In this document: positions 10,501-17,811 of the stretch, piece by piece | How the letters are laid out: each line of letters opens with the position of its first letter | Position numbering within the stretch: the stretch's first letter is position 1 | Assembly (NCBI GenBank): GCA_016283195.1 | Contig: JAEEML010000097.1 | Location: 1 to 44,925 of the forward strand | Reading direction: 5' to 3' | DNA: 44,925 bases | DNA from: Deltaproteobacteria bacterium | GTDB taxonomy: Bacteria > JAEEML01 | The notes under the pieces: model-generated | Database searches by the model: none | Seen by the model: only the letters and a program-made list of their open reading frames with translations | Told to the model about the DNA's origin: nothing | Program-made: the position numbers and the translations under genes

Positions 10501-10629
10501 ACAGGCTTCCAAGTTGGCGATATTGTTGGTAATAATGAGCTTTCAACAACTGAAAAAGCCAAGCAGATAGGCGTTATTTTGCAAAACTTGCAAGTGAATT
10601 TAGCCGGGGCTGTGGTGGATATGCTCTAA
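7591..10629 (+). CDS. Large hypothetical protein, paralogue 1 (helical core, C-terminal membrane hairpin, possibly DUF4781-like; candidate T3SS substrate)
   Basis: Long ORF; GAGGTG RBS before ATG 7591; no signal peptide; Ala/Ser-rich N-terminus; collinear similarity to 10762..13968. Confidence 0.85.
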   Translation: MSNAISQSSGYNPSLYVNTQANEAAAPAVKKAETAEVKSAAPATGSAEVKAAASDSFAVADGKNQLVTPERSQGVGGAFASGSAGLVQGAGHTSLPPAALLQLGTQAGRLLDIDKNMSLSAYNSCVTAKLSSQSGYYMQAQKQAGESIAKIDQHIAFLQNAEPADEAQIEQLGQLKEVFGGISNMYGHLMEAKGKSEPAMSDQAAQLLSDISGIYTAMAGLDPRLVGEQAYNTMRDSLSDMVQLASAYTISYSGEAGAKDCLGVFVVKTFRRLQQIENGQRKRENETPDINGALQTYVNGSKDHQIFMRRFAAIREKAIAGGNTDSGEIMASLKEAAKGTSSRFQESLEHLAGSYSALADAEIHFKEAKTQAQAAGVALKNAEKEFVLAEENLMKADMAVNSGIAAISLPKGEINTRELAAKARDTAEELTAIAGEHIEKYGEYREQGTIAAEKAVLEGLAARASLEYADGCMRVLECSPQGKYMSPEIAKVDAHIAKRDAELTATENDAVATLEQFSVLDGYVSDLMAGSKDIKEALSGLDIDISVDAMLEESIKLGTKGVDAAYSRILGTVLGSGVKVSDDLRQYLKDPAAFLAKNPEEAGNVREEMEDLFADHPELTNQVAGAINSLRNDFAVARREAEATLIKNGKDPKSDPYALMLDGMENSLLDGLFAKNEHLFAAMFASGTESSAVKGTIDWVQGLQKSMTQHTVTDAGLRQKAIDSFNNMLNGNENLKASLDKRIKEYGQPISTECFAITSAGGLPNGTVNVYVFKKDGEFKALDPITGDVYSGKSKDEALAKLARKVEWSEGEISYLDSAGKMKNVEMHLPSKALEVGADIGMGVVGLVGGILCFVPVPVAAQAAGTACIAASASYFIAKGAYNIGEQVSRENFDLSREESRQALIDLASGVLSFAGGVGSAAKLTSTAGGITIKGTTMLNNANKVQRFVRITNIGSRVGSASNVGYAVVDTGFQVGDIVGNNELSTTEKAKQIGVILQNLQVNLAGAVVDML

Positions 10630-10646
10630 AATATTGCCCGGTAGGC

Positions 10647-10673
10647 AAAACTTATTGAGAGTTCTGCCGATAA
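10647..10673 (+). promoter_or_regulatory. Putative sigma28 (FliA)-type promoter
   Basis: AAAA-N15-GCCGATAA versus the consensus TAAA-N15-GCCGATAA; intergenic, upstream of paralogue 2. Confidence 0.45.
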
Positions 10674-10761
10674 CTAAGCGAGTGCGCTACTTGCGCGTGC
10701 TTTGCATTTTGTGATATTTAAGCTACTTATTGCCGCGCGTAAGCAGAAAGAGGAGCTTAGC

Positions 10762-13700
10762 ATGGGAACGCAGATTACAAATCAAGGTGCTCTTTACAAT
10801 TCCGCTATTTATCAAGGGGAGCCTTTAGAAGCGGCCGCTCTTGAAAAGAGCGCACAAGCTGAAGTTGCCATAGAAGCTCCTGCGACTCCGGCAGCTAATG
10901 CTGCTCCCGTTACTGATTCTTTTACTACGGCCACAGAGGCCGGTAAGGCAGTAAAGCCCTTAGCTAACCAAAGCACTGCCGGCGCTTTTGCTCCCACGGC
11001 GGCCGGGCAGGTTCAGAGCACCCAGGCAGCCGGTATTAACCCCTGTATTTTGCAACAATACGGGCGTGAACTTTCCGATGCTCTTGACATCGGTAAATCC
11101 ATGACGGTGGCAAATTATAATAATTGCATGAAAAAGCTCTCCGGGCAGAGCGGCTATTATATGCAAACTAAGGCTAAAGCCGAGAATACTCTAAAAAGTA
11201 TCGAGCAGAATATTGCCTCTTTGCAAGGTAAAGATCCGGTTGATGAAGCGCAGTTAAACCAGCTTAAAGAGCTTAAAGAACTGGCTGGCGGCGTAGTTAC
11301 TTTGTATGGCCATTTGGCCCAAGCCGGCGGGGCGAGCGAAACGGCCCGGGCTGAGCAAGCAGCCGTTTTTATGCAAGATATAACTGCCTTGCAAAATGCC
11401 ATGCTGGAGCTTGATCCCAACCTCATAGGCGACCAGGCATATACCTCTATGCTGGCTTCCATGCGCGACATGACCGATCTGGCTTTTGCTTTTTCCACTA
11501 TTAAATACAATGAAAATACCGGGACTCCCAGTAAACTTTTAGGCGCCTTTGTTTTGCAAACTTTCCGCCGCCTGCAGCAGATTGAAAAGGGTGACAGAAA
11601 GCGGGAAAACGAAACGGCGGATATAAGCGGTGCCCTCAATACTTATGCCAACGATGTGCGTGATTGGGGACAGTTTATGGCTACTTTTGCCGCTACCCGC
11701 CGCAATGTGGTTGAAAACGGTATTACCGATGAGGCCGAAGTTGCTGCCATGCTGAAAAATGCGGTTAAGGGCACTTCAGAGCGCTTTCAGGCCAATATGG
11801 ATCTTTTAGCCAAAACTTATGTTAATCTGGCTGAAGCCGAAATGCATCACAAGGTAGCCAAAGAGGAATTAAAAGCCGCTCAGGAGGCCCTGAAAAACGG
11901 CGAAAACGAGCTCTTAGCTTCGCAGACTGATTTGCTTAATGCCGATATGGCCGTGAGTGCAGGAATAGAATATATCTCTCCCCGCTCTGCCGTGCAAAAG
12001 CAGCTCACCCGCGCCGATGCCGAAAATGCCCTTTCTACGGCTTCTGACCTTAATGCCTCGGCTAAAGTCCATATTGATAATTATCGCGAATATAAAGCGA
12101 CAGGTGAAGCGGCTGCCACTCGGGCTCATGCCGAAGCTACTGTAGCCGAAAACAGCCTTAACTTGGCGGAAAATTGGAATAATTTGGTAAAAGAAGGGCC
12201 GCAGGGCAAATATTTCCAAAAAGAGACAGGCGCAATTGATGGCGAAATTGCCAGCCAAAGATGTGATCTTGCGGCTATTAAAGATGGCGCCGGAGAGATT
12301 GTAAAAGAGTTTAGCAGGCTTGATGCTTTTTCGTATGATCTTTTGCAACAAAGAGATTATATGGCGCAAAAGATTTTGGGGCTTGATGTCGGTATTTCCA
12401 CCGATAAGCTGATGGAAACCGCCGGTGAACTGGGCACTAAAGGCGTTGATACCGCTTATGATCGTATGCTTGCGGTTATTAAAGCTTCCGGAGCCAAAAG
12501 ATCGGCCAAACTTGATAGTTTTCTAAAAGATCCCGAAGGCTTTTTACAAAAATTTCCCTCCGAAGAGGGCAATATGCGCAAAGAGCTCACCGAACTTTTT
12601 GAGGATAATCCCGCTTTGGCCGATAGCGTAGCCCATGCCATAAATGATATGCGCGTGGATTTTAATGCTTTGCGCCGGGATTTGGAAAACAAAGTGCGGC
12701 AGCTTGGCGAAGACCCGAAAAAGGGGCGCTTTGCCACTGTTCTTGATGTTACAGAAAACACGCTTTTAAATGGCCTTGCAGCCAAAAATCCCCTGCTTTT
12801 CACAGCACTTATGAGCTCAGGTAGTAAAAGTGCCGAGGTAGCTAAAACCGTAAGCTGGATGCAAGATTTGCAAAAGTCCATGATTCGCCACACTGTGGGC
12901 AACGAAGGACTCAGGCAGCAGGCCATTGAGAGCTACAACAGAATGCTCGAAAGCAACCCGACTGCGCCGCAAAAGGTTAATCTCGATAAGCGCATTGCCG
13001 AATACGGCCAGCCTGTGGCTACCGAATGTATCTCGATTTTCCAGGGCCAGGGTTATCTTAACGGCAACATGAATATACCGATCTTCAAAAAAGACGGTAA
13101 ATATCTGGCTCTTGACCCTTATTCCAATAACATCTACACCTCGGCCACCAAAGAGGGAGCTATGGCCGCTTTAGCCGCCGGTGTTAATTGGGTAGAAGGC
13201 CAGGTGAGCTATCTCGATAGCCAAGGTAATGTTAAAGTGCAAGATACCCATTTGCCGCCGGATACTCGGGTGAAAGATATAGCCTTTGGCGTGGCCGGTA
13301 TAGTGGGTGGCATTATATTGGTAGCTATACCTGAGCCCACTATGGTGACTAAAGGAGCCGGTGTGGCTCTCATATCATCCAGCGCAGCTTATTTCCTAGA
13401 TAAAGGAATACGGGAAATCAGCGATCAGGTTAGCCATGATAATTTTGACCTTTCACGCCCGGAGAGCCGGGCCGCTGTTATGGATATCGTATCCGGTGTA
13501 ACCACTCTGGCCGGCGGGGCCGGTAGTCTTCTTGGCACCGGTGCTTCTACTGTTGGCCGAGTAACCACCGGAGTTAAAGTGGCCGGCGCTCTCAATAATA
13601 CCGCCAAATTCGGCAATATGTTGAATCTTGGCTATACAACTCAGGAAAATGTCCTGACGATGATTGACGTTTGGAACAATAATTCGCTATCAACAGGCGA

Positions 13701-13968
13701 AAGATGGTCACAAACAGCTTCCCTGGTGGGCGGAATATGTATGGCCGGCGCCTCTTGCTCCGATACCTTTATGTCGCATGCCCCAACGGCCAAAAGTGCT
13801 ACATTGTCACTCGGTTTAGCCGAAGGCAATGTGGCTTTGCAAACCGGTGAAGCCCTTAATAATTCCTATAATTCAGGCGACCTTTTATCTTCTGACAGCA
13901 ATTCTTTTGTAAATGAAGATTTGCGCATAATTATGAATTGGGCCAATGGCGGGCAGCCGCTTAAATAA
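10762..13968 (+). CDS. Large hypothetical protein, paralogue 2 (candidate T3SS substrate)
   Basis: AGGAG RBS before ATG 10762; shares blocks KLS.QSGYYMQ, TFRRLQQIE.G.RKRENET, LGTKGVD.AY and LDKRI.EYGQP..TEC with paralogue 1. Confidence 0.85.
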   Translation: MGTQITNQGALYNSAIYQGEPLEAAALEKSAQAEVAIEAPATPAANAAPVTDSFTTATEAGKAVKPLANQSTAGAFAPTAAGQVQSTQAAGINPCILQQYGRELSDALDIGKSMTVANYNNCMKKLSGQSGYYMQTKAKAENTLKSIEQNIASLQGKDPVDEAQLNQLKELKELAGGVVTLYGHLAQAGGASETARAEQAAVFMQDITALQNAMLELDPNLIGDQAYTSMLASMRDMTDLAFAFSTIKYNENTGTPSKLLGAFVLQTFRRLQQIEKGDRKRENETADISGALNTYANDVRDWGQFMATFAATRRNVVENGITDEAEVAAMLKNAVKGTSERFQANMDLLAKTYVNLAEAEMHHKVAKEELKAAQEALKNGENELLASQTDLLNADMAVSAGIEYISPRSAVQKQLTRADAENALSTASDLNASAKVHIDNYREYKATGEAAATRAHAEATVAENSLNLAENWNNLVKEGPQGKYFQKETGAIDGEIASQRCDLAAIKDGAGEIVKEFSRLDAFSYDLLQQRDYMAQKILGLDVGISTDKLMETAGELGTKGVDTAYDRMLAVIKASGAKRSAKLDSFLKDPEGFLQKFPSEEGNMRKELTELFEDNPALADSVAHAINDMRVDFNALRRDLENKVRQLGEDPKKGRFATVLDVTENTLLNGLAAKNPLLFTALMSSGSKSAEVAKTVSWMQDLQKSMIRHTVGNEGLRQQAIESYNRMLESNPTAPQKVNLDKRIAEYGQPVATECISIFQGQGYLNGNMNIPIFKKDGKYLALDPYSNNIYTSATKEGAMAALAAGVNWVEGQVSYLDSQGNVKVQDTHLPPDTRVKDIAFGVAGIVGGIILVAIPEPTMVTKGAGVALISSSAAYFLDKGIREISDQVSHDNFDLSRPESRAAVMDIVSGVTTLAGGAGSLLGTGASTVGRVTTGVKVAGALNNTAKFGNMLNLGYTTQENVLTMIDVWNNNSLSTGERWSQTASLVGGICMAGASCSDTFMSHAPTAKSATLSLGLAEGNVALQTGEALNNSYNSGDLLSSDSNSFVNEDLRIIMNWANGGQPLK

Positions 13969-14063
13969 ACCGGAAAGAACGTTTTCGCTAAATAAATCTG
14001 GCCAATTTTTTCTCATTCCTCTATTATCCGCCGCCAAGGGATTTTGTCTCCAAGGAGTATTAA

Positions 14064-15725
14064 ATGGCCGGTCAGTATGTTTTTACAATGTTGCGCCTCG
14101 GTAAGCGCTTTGAAAATCGCGAGCTTTTCAGCAATATCAGTCTTTCTTTTTTGCCCGGCGCCAAAATAGGCGTGGTGGGCGATAACGGCGCCGGAAAATC
14201 CACCTTGCTTAGGATTATGGCCGGTATTGATAAGGATTTTGAGGGGGAAGCCTATCCGGAAAAGGGGATAAAAGTGGGCCTGGTGCCCCAGGAACCCACT
14301 TTCCCGCCGGAAAAAACAGTGCGTGAGGTGGTGGAAGAGGCTTTCAAAGATACCAAAGCCCTTTTGGCCGAATATGACGATGTTTCGGCGGCTATGGGCG
14401 ACCCGGATGCTGATATGGATAAGCTCATGGATCGCATGGGCGAACTTCAGGATGCCATAGACGCCGTGGACGGCTGGGACATAGATCGCCATTTGGATGT
14501 AGCGGCCAATGCTCTGCTCCTTCCGCCTGATGAGCAAAAGATTGGCACCCTCTCCGGCGGGGAGCTCAGGCGGGTGGCTCTTTGCAAAGCTCTTCTGGAA
14601 AAGCCCGATATTTTGCTCTTAGATGAACCCACCAACCACCTGGATGCCCAAACGGTCACCTGGCTGGAAGAGGAGTTAAAAGCCTATAAAGGCACAGTGA
14701 TTATTGTCACCCATGATCGCTATTTCCTCGATAATGTCACCAAGTGGATTTTGGAACTCGATAATGGGCGCGGTATTCCCTTTGAGGGCAATTACAGCTC
14801 CTGGCTGGCACAAAAACTGACTATCCTGGCGGCCGCCGAAAAGAAGGATTCGGGGCGGCGGGAACTTTTGGAGCATGAACTGCGCTGGATTCGCATGAAC
14901 AGCAAAGATAGAAAAGAACTCTCGCGCCAGCGTATCTCCTCTTATGAAGAGCTCTTTGTCCATGCCAAGGCGGTGAATGAAAACAGCACTTTGATAGAAA
15001 TTCCCCAAGGGCAGCGCCTCGGTAATGATGTCTTAACTTTTGACCATGTGAGCAAAAGTTATGCTGGCGGCCGCCCGCTGATTAGCGACCTTAGCTTTAA
15101 TCTGCCCAAAGGGGCGGTAGTGGGCGTAGTGGGGCCCAATGGGGCAGGTAAAACCACCCTCATGCGCCTCATTGCCGGCGAGGAAAAGCCCGATAGCGGT
15201 AGCGTAACTCTGGGGGAGACGGTTGATCTCGCTTATGTCGATCAAACGCGCCTCGGCCTTACTGACAGCAAAACGGTTTGGGAGGAGATAAGCGACGGTA
15301 AAGACAGCATAATTTTAGGCGGCCGTGAGGTGCCTTCCCGGGGTTATGTGAGCCGCTTTAATTTTAAAGGCCCCAGCCAGCAAAAGCTGGTCGGCAAGCT
15401 TTCCGGCGGTGAGCGTAACCGCGTATATCTCGCTAAATTGCTCAAAAAAGGCGGCAATTTTATCATGCTCGATGAGCCCACCAACGATTTGGACGTGAGC
15501 GCTCTCAGAATGCTCGAAGAGGCTATTAATGCCTATAGCGGCTGTATGCTTATCATAAGCCACGACCGTTTCTTTTTAGACCGCATTTGCACTCATCTTT
15601 TGGTTTTTGAAGGCGGGGGCAAGGTGCAGTGGTTTACCGGCAATTTTGCCGATTATGAAGAAAAACTGAAAGAAGAGATGGGCGACAAGATTTATACCAA
15701 CAGAAGGCGCAAATTTTTAAATTGA
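14064..15725 (+). CDS. ettA: Energy-dependent translational throttle protein (ABC-F ATPase)
   Basis: 553 aa, two ABC domains and no TM; QYVFTM..., ISLSFLPGAKIGVVG.NGAGKSTLLRIMAG, LELDNGRGIPFEGNYSSWL. Confidence 0.93.
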   Translation: MAGQYVFTMLRLGKRFENRELFSNISLSFLPGAKIGVVGDNGAGKSTLLRIMAGIDKDFEGEAYPEKGIKVGLVPQEPTFPPEKTVREVVEEAFKDTKALLAEYDDVSAAMGDPDADMDKLMDRMGELQDAIDAVDGWDIDRHLDVAANALLLPPDEQKIGTLSGGELRRVALCKALLEKPDILLLDEPTNHLDAQTVTWLEEELKAYKGTVIIVTHDRYFLDNVTKWILELDNGRGIPFEGNYSSWLAQKLTILAAAEKKDSGRRELLEHELRWIRMNSKDRKELSRQRISSYEELFVHAKAVNENSTLIEIPQGQRLGNDVLTFDHVSKSYAGGRPLISDLSFNLPKGAVVGVVGPNGAGKTTLMRLIAGEEKPDSGSVTLGETVDLAYVDQTRLGLTDSKTVWEEISDGKDSIILGGREVPSRGYVSRFNFKGPSQQKLVGKLSGGERNRVYLAKLLKKGGNFIMLDEPTNDLDVSALRMLEEAINAYSGCMLIISHDRFFLDRICTHLLVFEGGGKVQWFTGNFADYEEKLKEEMGDKIYTNRRRKFLN

Positions 15726-15757
15726 TTTTAAATTAAAAATTTCGTGAGGAGAGCAAT

Positions 15758-16429
15758 ATGCTGTGGATTATATATGGCATTTCCCTGGTGGCCGGCGGAG
15801 CTTTGGTGGCTCTTTCGGCTATTGCCGGCGGTGGCGATAGTGTGGATGTCGATGGCGACATTGATGGAGCTGTTGATGGCGGCATCGATGGTAATGTCGA
15901 TGGCGATATCGACGGGGGGCATGACCTTGATGTAGCCGGCCACGAAGTAGCCGATATTTCCACCACCGATGTGGCCAGCGGTATGGTGGCGAGCGGTAAT
16001 TTGGCGCCGCGCTGGCGCCCTTTGAAAGAGGTGCGCTTTTGGACTTTTTTTGCCGCCTTTTTTGGCCTTTCAGGCGTATTGTTTCAATTATTCGGCACAT
16101 TTGCTCTTGTGCCGCTGGAAGTCGTTACGGCTGTTTTACTGGGTAGCGGCTCCGGACTGATGGCCTCTTATGTGATGTATGCCATGTCGCGCCGGGAGAC
16201 CAACAGCATGGCGAGTCTCACCGATTATAATGGAGCCACCGGTAAAGTACTTTTGCCACTTGGCGCCGGTGAACGGGGTAAAGTGCGCCTCAGTGTACGG
16301 GGGCAAATTATCGACTTGCCGGCTATTGCCGGTGAGGGTGAAGAACTCAAAAAGGGCGAAGAAATTTTAGTTACTAATTACGATACAAAGGCTAAAATGG
16401 CCCGGGTGACCAAATTGCCTCAGGCCTGA
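15758..16429 (+). CDS. NfeD/YqiJ-like membrane protein with C-terminal OB fold
   Basis: N-terminal TM, D/G-rich loop, FWTFFAAFFGLSG TM pair, G.TGKVLLP....RGKVR....GQ.....A OB-fold pattern. Confidence 0.75.
   Translation: MLWIIYGISLVAGGALVALSAIAGGGDSVDVDGDIDGAVDGGIDGNVDGDIDGGHDLDVAGHEVADISTTDVASGMVASGNLAPRWRPLKEVRFWTFFAAFFGLSGVLFQLFGTFALVPLEVVTAVLLGSGSGLMASYVMYAMSRRETNSMASLTDYNGATGKVLLPLGAGERGKVRLSVRGQIIDLPAIAGEGEELKKGEEILVTNYDTKAKMARVTKLPQA
15848..15919 (+). repeat. Degenerate 12-bp coding tandem repeat, six units of [V/I]DGx
   Basis: Encodes VDGD IDGA VDGG IDGN VDGD IDGG. Confidence 0.7.
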
Positions 16430-16498
16430 TATGACCCGGAGCGGCCCGGAAAATTGCCTCTTTAGGGCGCAAGGTGTGGCTTTCCCGCCGGAGAATGT

Positions 16499-17698
16499 AT
16501 GAGCATTAGAAATATTCCCCACCCGGCTTTTTTAGCCGGCGGCTTTCTCTTTCTTCTTTTGGGGCAAATAAGTATTTTGAATAATTTTTGGCAGCCGGAT
16601 TATCTGGCTCTGCTTTCACTCGCGCCCTATTTTATTTGGCCGCTCGGCCTGCTTCTCTCGTTGCGTTTTAATCGCAGCCGCCTGACTCTGGCTCTACTTG
16701 TGAGTGCTGTTTTAGTTTATCTTTTGGCTCTTTATCCCGAAATACGCGCACCATGGCGCGGGCGCGCCGTGATGACCATGCGCTTCTTTTGGCCGCTCTT
16801 TTTGGGCGCCTTGGTATGGAAGGGCGAGCGCGGCATTATTAGCCCGCCGGGGCTTTTGTGGACTATTCCGACCTTTATTATTACTTTGGCTCCTGTTCTC
16901 ATGTGGAATATCGAGCCGGAAATTTTTACCAATTTTTATTTAAAGCTTAATCCGCTTATTTTACCTTGGGCTCCCGGCGCTTATTGGGTAACTGCCGGTG
17001 CGGCGCTTTTAAGCACTATTGCGGCTTATATAAAGCGCCGGGGAGCCACGGAAATATCCTTTATATATATGGTGATAGCCGCTTTTTTAAGCGGCTATTA
17101 TGTTAATTCTCCCGGCGGACTTTTATATTTTGTAAGCGGCGCTCTTATTGCACTTATCGGCCTTTTTGAAACATCGCACCAAATGGCTTTTGGCGATGAG
17201 CTCACCGGCCTTCCCGGACGGCGGGCTTTAAATGAGGCGCTCGCCAAACTGGGCAAGAATTATACTCTGGCTATGGTGGATATAGACCATTTTAAAAAAT
17301 TCAATGATACTTACGGCCATGATACCGGCGATGCCGTTTTGCGTAAAACGGCAGGCCACTTGGCAGGTGTTGGCGGCGGTGGTACGGCGTATCGCTATGG
17401 CGGAGAAGAATTTACAATAGTTTTTCCGGCTAAAAAGGTTGAAGAAGTGGTGCCTATTTTGGATAAAGTGCGCGAAGAAATAGCCTCTGCGCCCTTTATA
17501 GCGCAAAAAGCCGGCAAAGGCGGCAGCAAAAAGGGCAAGCAGAGCAAAAAAGGGCCTTCCGCGGTGACTGTCACTGTCTCCATGGGGGCGGCCCAGGCCG
17601 GCGGCAATTTAAAAAGTGCCGAAGAAGTTATAAAAGCGGCCGATAAAGCACTTTATAAAGCTAAAAAAGGCGGGCGCAACCGGGTGGAAAAGATGTGA
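16499..17698 (+). CDS. Multi-TM diguanylate cyclase (GGDEF)
   Basis: Several TM helices, then DELTGLPGRR, DIDHFKKFNDTYGHDTGD, RYGGEEF, ADKALYKAKKGGRN. Confidence 0.93.
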   Translation: MSIRNIPHPAFLAGGFLFLLLGQISILNNFWQPDYLALLSLAPYFIWPLGLLLSLRFNRSRLTLALLVSAVLVYLLALYPEIRAPWRGRAVMTMRFFWPLFLGALVWKGERGIISPPGLLWTIPTFIITLAPVLMWNIEPEIFTNFYLKLNPLILPWAPGAYWVTAGAALLSTIAAYIKRRGATEISFIYMVIAAFLSGYYVNSPGGLLYFVSGALIALIGLFETSHQMAFGDELTGLPGRRALNEALAKLGKNYTLAMVDIDHFKKFNDTYGHDTGDAVLRKTAGHLAGVGGGGTAYRYGGEEFTIVFPAKKVEEVVPILDKVREEIASAPFIAQKAGKGGSKKGKQSKKGPSAVTVTVSMGAAQAGGNLKSAEEVIKAADKALYKAKKGGRNRVEKM

Positions 17699-17811
17699 TG
17701 TTAAATCCGCTATTTGGTTATTCGAGAAGTTCTTAAAATATGGATGGTTTCTTTAAAAGCGATATGGGCTTTTAGTGATTATGCTTATTGGCAAGGCTGG
17801 TAAATTTTTGG

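Noticed and set aside
7591..13968. Phage tape-measure or chemoreceptor interpretation of the large helical proteins
   Set aside because: No phage genes nearby and no MCP signalling-hairpin motif seen
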